Shown one piece after another: positions 31,289-42,182 of a stretch of DNA of 64,000 nt. Position 1 is the first letter of the stretch. Each line of letters opens with the position of its first letter. The DNA comes from Terriglobia bacterium. Its GTDB lineage: Bacteria; Acidobacteriota; Terriglobia; Bryobacterales; Bryobacteraceae. Location: positions 944,824-1,008,823 of the forward strand of contig CAVXJP010000008.1 of assembly GCA_963762135.1 (NCBI GenBank), given 5' to 3'. The notes below the pieces were generated by a model that saw only the letters and a list, made by a program, of their open reading frames with translations, made no database searches and was not told the origin of the DNA. The translations under genes and the position numbers were made by a program.

Positions 31289-31870
31289 TCAGGAAGGCTG
31301 CTGCAACCGCTGCATCAGCCAGGCCCGCGCGACCTTCCAGTCACGCTTCACGGTAATCTCTGACGTGCCAAGCACTTCGGCGATTTCTGGGCCCGCGAGC
31401 CCGCCGAAGAAACGCAGTTCGACGACCCGCGCCGCGCGTGGATCGGCGTCTTCCAGCGTCTGCAATGCCTGATCGAAGGCCATCAAATCGTCATAATTCC
31501 CGGCGGGATTCCAGCCTTCTACGGCTGTAAGACTTACTTGATTTTGGTCCCCGCCTCGTTTTTCGGCTTGGCGAGCCCGGGCATGATCCACCAGGATTCT
31601 CCGCATGGTCGTCGCGGCCAGGGCGAAGAAATGCGCCCGGTTGTGATAGGCCACGCCGGTGGCTTCGGTCAGGCGAAGCCACAGTTCGTTGACGAGTGCT
31701 CCCGGTTCCAGGGTGTTATCCGCGCGCTCGGCCTGGAGGTACCGCGCGGCGATTCGATGGAGATCCGGGAATACACCCTCGGCGAGCTGATTTCCCGCGC
31801 GGCTGTTGCCCTGTTGCCACTGCTCGAGCCACAACGTGATCTGCTCCGGGCTGGCCGACGGCAAGTTCAT
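31289..31870 (-). CDS. ECF sigma factor, TIGR02999-type (kinase-associated ECF group)
   Basis: ITLWLEQWQQGNSRAGNQL..LHRIAARYL..TLEPGALVNELWLRL signature and a region 4 HTH. Divergent from a Ser/Thr kinase gene. Confidence 0.8.
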   Translation of the reverse strand: MNLPSASPEQITLWLEQWQQGNSRAGNQLAEGVFPDLHRIAARYLQAERADNTLEPGALVNELWLRLTEATGVAYHNRAHFFALAATTMRRILVDHARARQAEKRGGDQNQVSLTAVEGWNPAGNYDDLMAFDQALQTLEDADPRAARVVELRFFGGLAGPEIAEVLGTSEITVKRDWKVARAWLMQRLQQPS

Positions 31871-31928
31871 GTGATTGATATGATACCGGGACCTTACGAA
31901 TTCCGCTTTACTCAGCGAGAGGGGAACT

Positions 31929-34681
31929 ATGAGCGGGTCCAAGCCCCAGCCGCCTGGGGAAGCACGATCGGAAAACGCACCAACCGAGACCCACGTCTCG
32001 CCGGAGCGGTTCGCCCGGATCCGCGAGATCTTCGAAGCCGCCCTGGAACGGCCCGCGGGCGAATGGGCGGCGTACGTCGCTGGAGCGTGTGGCGGCGACG
32101 CGAAACTCGAAAAAGAAGTCCTGGCGATGCTCGCGGCCGATGACGCGGCCGGGCCGACCGAAGTCCTGCATCACCCTGCGGCGCGAGCCAGATTCCGCGC
32201 CCCTCCAGCCATGTCGTCCAGCGCGCCGGATGAAGGACGCTTCCCCGCGGGAGCCAATCTCGCCGGACGCTATCGCATCTTAGGATTGCTGGGCCGGGGC
32301 GGCATGGGCGAGGTCTATCGGGCCTTCGACGCCAAGCTCGACCAGACGGTGGCACTGAAGTTCCTGCCCGAATCGATGGCGCGCAACCCGCGCCTCCTCG
32401 AGCGCTTCCGCGGGGAAGTTCGGATGGCCCGCCAGGTCTCGCACCGCAACGTCTGCCGCGTCTACGACCTCGGCGAGTTCGAGGACATGCCGTTCCTCAC
32501 CATGGAGTATGTCGATGGCGAGGATCTGCGCGGCCTGCTGCGCCGCATCGGCCGCCTGCCGGGGGACAAGGCCCTGGAGATCGCACGTAAACTTTGCGCC
32601 GGGCTCGCCGCCGCCCACGAAAAGGGCATCCTCCATCGCGACCTGAAGCCGGCCAACATCATGATCGACGGCCAGGGCCAGGTCCGCATCATGGACTTCG
32701 GACTCGCCGCCGTCGCCGACGCGATCCCCGGCGCCGACATCCGCAGCGGCACCCCCGCCTACATGGCCCCCGAGCAACTGGCGGGCAAAGAAGTCACCGT
32801 TCAAAGTGACATCTATTCGCTGGGTCTCCTGCTGTACGAAATCTTCACCGGCCAGCCCGCCCACAAAGGAGCCGACCGCTCCGCCACCCCGCCGACCGCG
32901 ACCAGCGTCGTGAAGGAAATCGACCCGGTGGTCGAGCGCGTGATTGAACGGTGCCTCGATCCCAACCCGGCCAATCGTCCGGAATCGGCGCTGGCGTTGG
33001 CTCGGATGTTGCCCGGTGGCGATCCGCTCGCCGAAGCGCTTGCGGCGGGCGATACCCCGACTCCCGCGATGGTGGCCTCGTCGGACGATGTCGGCAAGCT
33101 CCCAGTCTGGGCGCTGTCCGCGTGTATGGGATTCGTCGTGGTTGCGCTGGCCGTACTCATGTACTGGAGCGGCGGGAGCTACCTGAATGCCACCCCGACG
33201 CCTTACGCCCCGCAAGTCCTGGAGCAGCGCGCCCGCGACTTCATCGCCGAGTTCGGTTACCCCGATCCGCCTGCCGACTGGGATCTGCGCTTTGAAACGG
33301 ACGTCCAATATCGCGACTGGGCCGCCCGGAACGAAGACCAGCAAGAGGCTCGTCAACTGGCCGAGCAGGGCCGTCCCGCTCCGATGCTGGTCACCTATTC
33401 CCAGAGTCCGCTACCTATGCTGCCGGCGGATCCCTTGGGACAAATCTCTGAATCGGATCCCGCCCGCATCCCGGGTTGGATCGATCTGACGCAGGACCTG
33501 CGGGGCCGCTTGACCTATTTCCTGGCTGTCCCGGAACGCGGCGAAAAAGCTTTGCCGAACCCGGTGGGATGGGCGCAGCTCTTCGAAGCCGCCGGACTGG
33601 AGATCGGCCGGTGGAAGGCGACCGGGCCACAGGAAACTCCGCCGGTCGCGTTCGACGCGCAGGCTGCCTGGACCGGCACGTATCCCGGCGCACCCGATAT
33701 CCCTTTGCGCATCGAGGCCGCGACCTGGAAGGGACGGCCGGTGTTCGTTCGAAATCTTCGGGCCCTGGCGTCCGGAACGCGCCGCCCCGCAAGCCCCTGT
33801 TCTTACCGGGCTCGGGCCGCTGCTCGTCATAGGCTTCCTGTTCGCGCCGCTGTTCGCATTTCTGAATCTGCGGGCTGGGCGCGGCGACCTGCACGGGGCC
33901 TTCCGGCTGGGCGCGTACTGTTTCACCATGCTTTTGCTGGCGATCGTATTCCGCAGCCATTTCGCGGGTGCGCTTGGCAGATATGGAACAAAAATCGCGG
34001 CATCGCTGTTCTCGGGTGCGGCTGTGTGGAGCGTCTATATGGCTGTGGAGCCATTCCTGCGGAAGCGCTGGCCGCATGCCCTGGTAAGTTGGACCCGGCT
34101 CCTGGCGGGCAAGCTGCGCGACCCCCTGGTGGGCGGACATATTCTCGTTGGGGTCTCCCTGGGGCTGCTGATCAATCTGGTGAATCTGGCCTACCGGCAA
34201 TTCCGTGGAACCCTGGAACTCCTGCAGGACCCGGCGGCGGTAACACCGGTCGGAATGGTGGTCGCCGACATCCGGGATCATGGCCCTGGTGCCCCTGGTT
34301 TCTTTGGCGATGTTATTGGTCTTCCTTCTGGTGCGCGCCGTCACCCGCAATACCTGGGTGGCAACCACGGCGCTGCTCGGGGTAATGCTGAGCATGACTC
34401 TATTCGCGCCCCCACAGAACCCGATCACCCAAATGCCGTTTGGGGCGACCCTGTTCGTTGCCCTCTTCCTGTTCGCCGTCCTTCGATTTGGGATCGTCAC
34501 GGGCGCCGGGTTCATGCTCGCCGAGGGCATCACTTACGCTCCCTTCACCTCTGATTTCTCGGCCTGGTTCGCGCCCGCTGCCTGGGTGCACGTCGTGTTC
34601 CTGGCCGGGATAGCTGCCTGGGGCTTCCGCAACGCGCTCGCGGGTCGCAAGGTGTGGCAAGGGCCAATGCTCGAAGGGTAA
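31929..34681 (+). CDS. Membrane Ser/Thr protein kinase (paralog of 34691), interrupted by at least 2 frameshifts
   Basis: Kinase motifs GRGGMGEVY, HRDLKPAN, DFGLA. The reading frame changes at about 33750 and about 34270. The C-terminal polytopic domain continues in ORFs 33928 and 34280. Confidence 0.8.
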
Positions 34682-34690
34682 AGGTCGACC

Positions 34691-37369
34691 ATGGCAGAAC
34701 CAAACGAGCAACCCACTGTCACCCAAACCGGCTCCAGGAAACCGGGTTCGGTGACCCCGCAGCGGTTCGCGCAGATCCGGGCGATCTTCGAAGCTTCGCT
34801 GGAGCGGCCCGCGGGCGAATGGAAAGCCTATGTCGCCGGAGCCTGTGGCGGAGATTCGGAATTAGAAAAAGAAGTCCTGGCGATGCTGGCGGCCGACGAC
34901 GCGGCGGGGCCTACCGAGTTATTGAATCATCCGGTGAGCCCCGGCTCTGCGCCCCCATCCAGCCATCCGTCGAGCGCGCCCGATGAAGGTCGCTTCCCGG
35001 CCGGGACGGTGTTGGTCGGGCGCTACCGGATCCTGGGAATGCTCGGCAAGGGCGGCATGGGCGAGGTCTATCGCGCCTTTGACCTGATCCTGAATCAGAC
35101 CGTTGCGTTGAAATTCCTCTCTGACACCCACTTCAGCGATGCCGCGCTCGTGCGGTTTCGGAATGAGGTTCGTATTGCGCGGCAGGTCTCGCATCCCAAC
35201 GTGTGCCGCGTGTATGACCTCGGGATGGCGGAAGGGATGCACTTCCTCTCGATGGAGTACATCGATGGCGAGGACCTGGCTTCGCTGTTGCGACGCATCG
35301 GGCGACTGCCGCAGGACAAGGCCATCGAGTTCACCCGCAAGATCTGCGCTGGACTCGGGGCGGCGCACGATCGCGGCGTGCTCCATCGCGACCTGAAGCC
35401 AGCCAACATCATGATCGATGGGCGGGGGCAGCCCCGCCTCACGGACTTCGGGCTCGCGGGGTTGGCGGAAGAGATCCCGCTGAGCGACCTCCGCAGCGGC
35501 ACGCCGGCCTACATGTCGCCGGAGCAGAAAGCGGGCAAGGAAGTCACCGTACGCAGCGATATCTACTCGCTCGGTTTGGTGATGCATGAGATGTTCCTGG
35601 GCCAGAAGCGCGATAAGGAATCGCAGACCTCGCCGACCGACATCGTGAAAGATCTCGACCCGGCCATCGAGCGTCTGATCCTGCGGTGCCTGGAAGAAGA
35701 ACCGTCGCGGCGGCCCGCCTCGGCGTTGCGTGTCGCGATGTCGCTGCCCGGCGGCGATCCGATTGCGGCGGCTCTGGCTGCAGGCGAAACGCCCTCGCCG
35801 GAGATGGTCGCGGCGTCGCAGGAGAAGGAAGGCTTCCAGCCTCTCACGGCGGTGTTGTGCTTTGCCGGGATTGTCGTCTGCCTGCTGTTGGGGATCTTCT
35901 TCGCGCAGAGGATCGGATTCCTGGCGCACACCCCGCTACCGCTCGCGCCGGACGTTCTGGCGGATCGCGCGCAACAGTTTCTCGCAACGATCGGATACAC
36001 CACTTCTCCCGCCGACACGGCCTGGAGTCTGTCCTGCTGCGATCGCAGCAACGAGGACAATTTGAAGAAGATGGATGCGGCGACACGGGATAAGGTGCTC
36101 GCCAGCCACCGTCCTCCGGTGATCCATTTCTGGTACCGCCAATCGTTGCAGCCGTTCGGAGCCGGGGATGGCGCCTACGGACGTCCCACGGAAACCTCGC
36201 CACCGAACTCTGAGCCGGGAATGATCCTGGTGGACCTGGACGCCACCGGCCGCCTGCTAAGCCTGCAAGTGGAGCCGTGGACGGATCAACCCGCCCAATC
36301 CGCAGTGCCGTGGAGCGACTTCTTCGATGCCGCCGGCCTGGATTTCTCTCGATTCCATGCGGTGACGCCCAGCGGCGTGCCTCCTATGGCGATTGATGAG
36401 CAGTTCGCCTGGCAGGGACCGGACGGGGATCGTGCCGAACCGGTGACGATTCAAGCAGCGTCCTGGCGGGGCCGGCCCGTCTTGTTCGAGACCCGCGAGG
36501 TCGTCGGCGCCACGCCACAGGGCGTGCCGCTTAGCGTAGGACTCACCGTCCTGGGTATTCTGGGCCTCGTGATCAGTATCGCGGGCTGGCGTGTTTGGCG
36601 CTCCGGCCGATTGGATCGGCGTGGCGCCGTCGTCCTCACATCCTCAGTGGTTGTCGCGGCGATCGCGGGAGGCTCTGCACCCACGATATTCCTGCTGGCC
36701 GGCCTGATCGGGCTGGTTTACGCGAGTATCGAACCCTTCGCCCGTCGTTACTGGCCCGATTCACTCATTTCGTGGAGCCGCGTCTGCCAGGGGCAATGGC
36801 GCAACCCCTTGGTGGCGTCCCATGTGCTGGTGGCTATTTTGGCTGGCGCCGCCGCTTCCTACGTCGTCTTTCCTTGGATCAATTGGTTGATTTCTCCCCT
36901 GCCTTCGAACGCGAACGGAGAAGCAGCTCTGCCGAACATCGGTTCCATACCCTTCCTGATGGCAAACGTCAGCCTGGGCGTCTTTTCCGCAACGATGTAT
37001 CTGACTATGGTGATCCTGGCGCGGCTCGCGTTCCGGAGGCTTTGGGTCGCGGACTTTCTGGCGGCAGTGGGCCTGGTTGCCGTGTCTTTTTACGCGCTCT
37101 ACTATGTCGCTCCGGACCAGCGTATTTGGATCGGCGCGCTGCTCGTCATCCCGTCGCTGGTGTGGATCGTCATGATGCGGCACTTCGGATTCCTCACCCT
37201 GTTGGTGATTTGGATTGCCTTTGTCGAAATGGGCATCGTGCCGCTGAAAATCTCCGGCTGGGGGGCGGAACGAGTCATCGCGCTCCACATGATCCCGATC
37301 GCCGTCGCCGCCTGGTGCTTATGGGTGATCCTCAGCGCGCGGAGCCGCATGCCCGATGGTGAGGTCTGA
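34691..37369 (+). CDS. Membrane Ser/Thr protein kinase with extracytoplasmic domain and C-terminal polytopic membrane domain
   Basis: Intact 892-aa ORF. Same architecture, and long stretches of clearly similar nucleotide sequence, compared with the upstream paralog. Confidence 0.9.
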   Translation: MAEPNEQPTVTQTGSRKPGSVTPQRFAQIRAIFEASLERPAGEWKAYVAGACGGDSELEKEVLAMLAADDAAGPTELLNHPVSPGSAPPSSHPSSAPDEGRFPAGTVLVGRYRILGMLGKGGMGEVYRAFDLILNQTVALKFLSDTHFSDAALVRFRNEVRIARQVSHPNVCRVYDLGMAEGMHFLSMEYIDGEDLASLLRRIGRLPQDKAIEFTRKICAGLGAAHDRGVLHRDLKPANIMIDGRGQPRLTDFGLAGLAEEIPLSDLRSGTPAYMSPEQKAGKEVTVRSDIYSLGLVMHEMFLGQKRDKESQTSPTDIVKDLDPAIERLILRCLEEEPSRRPASALRVAMSLPGGDPIAAALAAGETPSPEMVAASQEKEGFQPLTAVLCFAGIVVCLLLGIFFAQRIGFLAHTPLPLAPDVLADRAQQFLATIGYTTSPADTAWSLSCCDRSNEDNLKKMDAATRDKVLASHRPPVIHFWYRQSLQPFGAGDGAYGRPTETSPPNSEPGMILVDLDATGRLLSLQVEPWTDQPAQSAVPWSDFFDAAGLDFSRFHAVTPSGVPPMAIDEQFAWQGPDGDRAEPVTIQAASWRGRPVLFETREVVGATPQGVPLSVGLTVLGILGLVISIAGWRVWRSGRLDRRGAVVLTSSVVVAAIAGGSAPTIFLLAGLIGLVYASIEPFARRYWPDSLISWSRVCQGQWRNPLVASHVLVAILAGAAASYVVFPWINWLISPLPSNANGEAALPNIGSIPFLMANVSLGVFSATMYLTMVILARLAFRRLWVADFLAAVGLVAVSFYALYYVAPDQRIWIGALLVIPSLVWIVMMRHFGFLTLLVIWIAFVEMGIVPLKISGWGAERVIALHMIPIAVAAWCLWVILSARSRMPDGEV

Positions 37370-37467
37370 TCTCGTGAGGGTGTCGCATTGCGCCCGCCTG
37401 CGATAGACTCTTTTAACGTTCGTTCTTCACCGTTGACCCGGCCCGGCCGGCCGCAAAAAGGAGGCTT

Positions 37468-38649
37468 ATGCGACGCTGCTTCGTTCCGATTTTCTCTTTC
37501 CTGGTCTTTTTTCTTATGTTGCCGAGCGCGGTCCCCTTGGCCGCGCAGACGCTTCCCCCCGGCGTCGTGGAGCCGTTCAAGGTCGGGACGTTCCTGATCC
37601 ATGACGAGCCCACCGTGGGCGTGGTCCTGCGCGACCGCATCGTCGTCGATCTCAAGGCGGCCAACGCCGAACTGCAACTGGATCCCGCTTATCCCAAGAT
37701 CCCGATGCCGGCCGACATGCTGGAACTGATCGGGCGCTACGAATACGGCCTGAAGCCGCGCCTCTATGAACTCGTAAACCACCTGGTCGAGAGTGGGCAG
37801 GCCGACGTCGCCGATGCATCGCGGGCGTCCGAGGGTCCGGACTACTTCTATGCGGTCGGGGAGATCCGCATCCTGCCGCCGATTATGTATCCCGGCAAGA
37901 TCATGAATGCCGCGGTGAACTTCTATACGCACGTGAATGAGACGGGCACGCCGGAGCAGATCGCCGAGGCCCGGCGCCAGCGGCGCGAAAATCGTGGCAT
38001 CCCGTACCTGTTCCTGAAGCCCTCGCGCGGAGCGGTGATCGGCGATGGCCAGCCGGTCAAGATCCCTTATGGCCGTGATGAGACCGATTGGGAAGTGGAG
38101 CTCGGAACGGTGATCGGGCGCGCGGCCAAATACGTCAGCGCCAAGGATGCGGCGAACTACATCTTCGGCTACCTGGTCGACATCGATATTTCCGATCGTG
38201 GCGGACGTCCTCCGGGAGGCGCGCCGTTCAACCTCGACTGGTTCGTCGGCAAGGGGCATGACACCTTCGCGCCGATGGGTCCGTGGATCGTCCCGAAGGA
38301 GTTCTACGGCGATCCGATGGAGAAGCTCCACCAGACGCTGAACGTCGACGGCGAGCAGATGCAGGAGGCTCGCGCGGGGGACATGATCCATTCGCTGTAT
38401 GAGCTGATCGAGTTTGCCTCGTCGGTCACCACGCTGTATCCGGGCGATGTGCTGAGCAACGGGACCTCGGGCGGGACCGGCATGGGTACGGCGGTGCGTG
38501 GCGAGCAGCGCTTCCTCAAGCCCGGCGAGACGATCGAGGCGACCATCGACGGCATCGGCACGCTGCACATCCCGGTCGAGGCCGGCGATGAACCCCCTGG
38601 AGAGAATGGCGCTCGGCTGCCACCCGTCAGCACCTATCGCAATCAGTAG
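37468..38649 (+). CDS. Fumarylacetoacetate hydrolase (FAH) family protein with signal peptide
   Basis: FAH C-terminal core (WEVELGTVIG.., PGDVLSNGTSGG) preceded by MRRCFVPIFSFLVFFLMLPSAVPLAAQ. Confidence 0.75.
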   Translation: MRRCFVPIFSFLVFFLMLPSAVPLAAQTLPPGVVEPFKVGTFLIHDEPTVGVVLRDRIVVDLKAANAELQLDPAYPKIPMPADMLELIGRYEYGLKPRLYELVNHLVESGQADVADASRASEGPDYFYAVGEIRILPPIMYPGKIMNAAVNFYTHVNETGTPEQIAEARRQRRENRGIPYLFLKPSRGAVIGDGQPVKIPYGRDETDWEVELGTVIGRAAKYVSAKDAANYIFGYLVDIDISDRGGRPPGGAPFNLDWFVGKGHDTFAPMGPWIVPKEFYGDPMEKLHQTLNVDGEQMQEARAGDMIHSLYELIEFASSVTTLYPGDVLSNGTSGGTGMGTAVRGEQRFLKPGETIEATIDGIGTLHIPVEAGDEPPGENGARLPPVSTYRNQ

Positions 38650-38849
38650 TCTTTATCAGTAGTCCGCGTGATTGGCGACATCGGTTCCTTCCACCGAGTG
38701 CCATGAAGTGTTTCTGCCGGAGCTGGGCGAGGTGGTCTGCCGGTTCTCGCCAGCGTGTGCGATCCCCCTCCTCAGGGCGCCCGAGGGTCTAGTTTGAACG
38801 ACGGCTTGTCTTGTAAAGGGTACGACGTCGTCTGTGATAGGCTTGGCGG

Positions 38850-41800
38850 ATGGCTCTCCGCGCGATCCTTCTGGGCATGCTGGTCGCCGTGCTGCTTTCC
38901 GGGCAATCGACGAAAGTGGAATTAGCCGTCGAACTGGAGGACGCGGCGGGCCGGCCGGTTCCGGACGCCTCGGTCCGGCTGACCAATGTGGCGACGGCGG
39001 TGACGCGCACCGTTCCCTCCACTTCCGAGGGCGAAGCCCGGTTTCTGGGCCTGCCGGCCGGTGAATATCGCATTACGGTCACCAAGGACGGGTACGCAAC
39101 ACTTGAGCGCAGCGGGATCACATTGCAGGTCGGTGGCGAACCGACCATCGAACTGACGCTTTCGCCGGGCGAGGTCAGCCAGACAATTCAGGTCACCGCC
39201 GATACGCCGCTGCTGGACAGCACCAACGGCACCGTGTCCTTCACTGTCGACCAGACGCGCGTGGAAAAGCTCCCGCTGAACGGGCGCAACTATATCCAGC
39301 TCATCGCGCTATCCCCGGGCGTCACTTTGCCTCCCGGCAGCAGCTTTCCGCGCATCAACGGCAGCCGCCCGCGCACCAGCGAATACATCTACGACGGCAT
39401 CAGCGTGCTGCAGCCCGAGCCGGGTCAGGTCCCCTTCGATCCGATCATCGACGCGATCGACGAGTTCCGCGTGGAGGTGAACAGCTACTCGGCTGAATTT
39501 GGACGATCCAACGGCGGCATCATCATGGTGAACCAGAAGTCGGGGTCCAATCAGGTCCACGGCACGCTGTTTGAGTTCCTCCGGAATGAGGCCTTGAACG
39601 CGCGCAACCTGTTCGCCACCGGCGCGTCCACCAAGCCCCGGTTCCGCCGCAATCAATACGGGTTTGTGCTGGGCGGCCCGATCCAGAAAAACCGAACCTT
39701 CTTCTTCACGGCCTGGCAGGGAACGCGCCTGGATACGGGCGTCGTGCGAACCAGCACGGTCCCGACCCTCGCCGAGCGCAGCGGCATCTTCAACGTCCCG
39801 ATCTATGATCCCGCCTCGACCGCGCAGACCGCCGCCGGCTATGTGCGAAGCGCGTTCGCCGATAACCGCATTCCGGTGTCGCGACTGGATCCGGTGGCGA
39901 TGGCGGCACTGGCGCGCTACCCTCTGCCGACCTCGGCCGCTTCGGCGAACAACTATCGTCGCTTCGGCAGCAATAAAACCGCGCAGGATCAATTTGACGT
40001 ACGAATGGATCGTTATTTTTCCGAATCGCAGCGGATCTTCGCGCGCTACACGTTTTTCCGCGACGGCAGCAATCCCCTGACGCCGCTGCCGGACGGAAGC
40101 GGCAACATTCCTTCGGGGATCATCGCGAATTCGCTCACGCGCGCCCACAGCCTGGCCACCGAGCATAGCTGGACCATCTCGCCGACGGTGCTGAATCAGC
40201 TCCGCTTTGGCTACACGGATCGTTCGCTGAACCGGACGGCGGTCAACGGGCCGATCTATCAGCTCACCGGATTGCAACAGCTCGGGGCGCCGCTGAACGC
40301 GATCGGCCAGTTCAGTACGTCGGTCACCCAGTGGGTCGACAACTTTTCCTGGATCAAGGGCGGACACAGCTTGAAGGCCGGCGCCGACATTCGCCTGGAA
40401 CACTTGAACGTCCTGCAGCCGCCGGCGCCCAACGGCCAGTACAGCTTCACCAATATCTTTTCCTCGGGTCTGGATTCGTCCGGGACGCCGCTGCCGGGAA
40501 CGGGAAACAGCGTCGCTTCGTTCCTGCTGGGGCAGGTGGATCGCTACAGCATTGATATCCAGCCGCAGATCATCCGCCCCCGGGCTCGCATCGCGGAGTT
40601 TTTCCTGCAGGACGATTGGAAGGCCACCAGCCGACTGAGCCTGAACATCGGGCTGCGCTACACGTTGAACTTCCCGTCGACGGTGCAAGGCGGACGCGGA
40701 GCGGTCTTCAACCTCAATACGCAGAAGCTGGATTTTCTGGGCGTCAACGGATTCCCCAATGCCGCGCGGAACCTGTCCAAGTCGGGTTTTGGGCCGCGCG
40801 TCGGGCTGGCCTACCGGATTGGGAACAACTCGGTTGTGCGCTCCGGCTACGGGCTGACCTGGATCGAGATGGCGGGTATCACCACGCCGTTCACCACGCC
40901 TCTATTCCCGTTCATCCAGAATCTTTCGCAGCAGACGCAGGACAATATCTCGCCGGCGTTCGTGCTGCGGAACGGACCCACGGCACAGCCGCAGCCGATC
41001 GGGCCCAATGCCGGGCTGGGGCAAGGCGTCTTCGGCGTGCAGCGGAACAACGGCAGCGGCTACGCCCAGCAATGGAACTTCACCTTGCAGCACACCTTCG
41101 GCGCCAACTGGAGCCTGGAGGCCGGGTACCTGGGATCCAAGCTGACGCGGCTCGGCGTGCCGGATATTAATTTGAATCAGCTGACGGTGGACCAGCTCGC
41201 GCTGGGCAGCAAGCTGATCCAGCAGGTCGCGAATCCATACTACGGGCAGATCCCGGCGACCTCCACCATCGGCGGTCCCACGGTGGCTCTGGCGCAGCTG
41301 TTGCGTCCCTATCCGGAGTACACCACCGTCTCGCTCTACCGGAACAACATCGGCAACTCGACCTATCACTCCTTCCAGACCAGCCTGCAGCACCGCTTCG
41401 CGATCGGGCTGACCTTCAGCGCTTCCTATACGTTTTCGCGCCTGATCGACGACGCCGGGCAAGTGTTCAACGCCGCCATCCTCACCGGTCCGGTGACGAA
41501 CTTCAACGCTGCCGATTCGCACAACAAGCGCCTCGAAAAGGACGTCTCCACGGGCAATATTCCGAACGTCTTCTCGGCGGGGTTGGTGTATCAGCTCCCC
41601 CGGTTCCGCAACGTGCTGGCGCGGGGTTGGGAGATCTCGGGCATCGCGCGTTTCCAGTCCGGGAGCCCGCTGCCGGTGGTTCAGGCGACCAACTTCAACG
41701 CCTTCGCCGGCTTCGGCATTCAGCGTCCGAACCGCATCGCCGACCCGACCCTGCCCGCCAACCTCCGCTCCACCAGCGAATGGTTCAATACGGCGGCGTT

Positions 41801-42065
41801 TACCGAGGCTCCGCAATTCACGCTGGGCACGAGCTCGCGGAATCCCGTGATCGGGCCGGGCTACAAGACGCTGGATTTGATGATCGGCCGCACCTTCGCC
41901 CTCAGCGAAACCAAGAACCTCGAGTTCCGCCTCGAGGCCTTCAACGTGACCAACACGGCTTCCCTGGGGAATCCGAATACGACCTTCGGCTCGCCAGGCT
42001 TTGGGTCGATCACCTCAGCAAACGATCCCCGGGTGTTCGAGGCGGTGGCTAAGATTCACTTCTAA
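38850..42065 (+). CDS. TonB-dependent receptor with N-terminal carboxypeptidase-regulatory-like domain
   Basis: 1071 aa. Signal peptide, CarboxypepD_reg-type beta-sandwich, plug region (LNGRNY, SEYIYDGISV) and a terminal aromatic residue (..KIHF*). Confidence 0.85.
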   Translation: MALRAILLGMLVAVLLSGQSTKVELAVELEDAAGRPVPDASVRLTNVATAVTRTVPSTSEGEARFLGLPAGEYRITVTKDGYATLERSGITLQVGGEPTIELTLSPGEVSQTIQVTADTPLLDSTNGTVSFTVDQTRVEKLPLNGRNYIQLIALSPGVTLPPGSSFPRINGSRPRTSEYIYDGISVLQPEPGQVPFDPIIDAIDEFRVEVNSYSAEFGRSNGGIIMVNQKSGSNQVHGTLFEFLRNEALNARNLFATGASTKPRFRRNQYGFVLGGPIQKNRTFFFTAWQGTRLDTGVVRTSTVPTLAERSGIFNVPIYDPASTAQTAAGYVRSAFADNRIPVSRLDPVAMAALARYPLPTSAASANNYRRFGSNKTAQDQFDVRMDRYFSESQRIFARYTFFRDGSNPLTPLPDGSGNIPSGIIANSLTRAHSLATEHSWTISPTVLNQLRFGYTDRSLNRTAVNGPIYQLTGLQQLGAPLNAIGQFSTSVTQWVDNFSWIKGGHSLKAGADIRLEHLNVLQPPAPNGQYSFTNIFSSGLDSSGTPLPGTGNSVASFLLGQVDRYSIDIQPQIIRPRARIAEFFLQDDWKATSRLSLNIGLRYTLNFPSTVQGGRGAVFNLNTQKLDFLGVNGFPNAARNLSKSGFGPRVGLAYRIGNNSVVRSGYGLTWIEMAGITTPFTTPLFPFIQNLSQQTQDNISPAFVLRNGPTAQPQPIGPNAGLGQGVFGVQRNNGSGYAQQWNFTLQHTFGANWSLEAGYLGSKLTRLGVPDINLNQLTVDQLALGSKLIQQVANPYYGQIPATSTIGGPTVALAQLLRPYPEYTTVSLYRNNIGNSTYHSFQTSLQHRFAIGLTFSASYTFSRLIDDAGQVFNAAILTGPVTNFNAADSHNKRLEKDVSTGNIPNVFSAGLVYQLPRFRNVLARGWEISGIARFQSGSPLPVVQATNFNAFAGFGIQRPNRIADPTLPANLRSTSEWFNTAAFTEAPQFTLGTSSRNPVIGPGYKTLDLMIGRTFALSETKNLEFRLEAFNVTNTASLGNPNTTFGSPGFGSITSANDPRVFEAVAKIHF

Positions 42066-42083
42066 GAGGATTGCTGCGGAGTG

Positions 42084-42131
<48 letters not shown>

Positions 42132-42182
42132 AATCAAAGCACGAAGAATCAGTAAGATGGCGTCAAGGGCTACCGAGTATCA

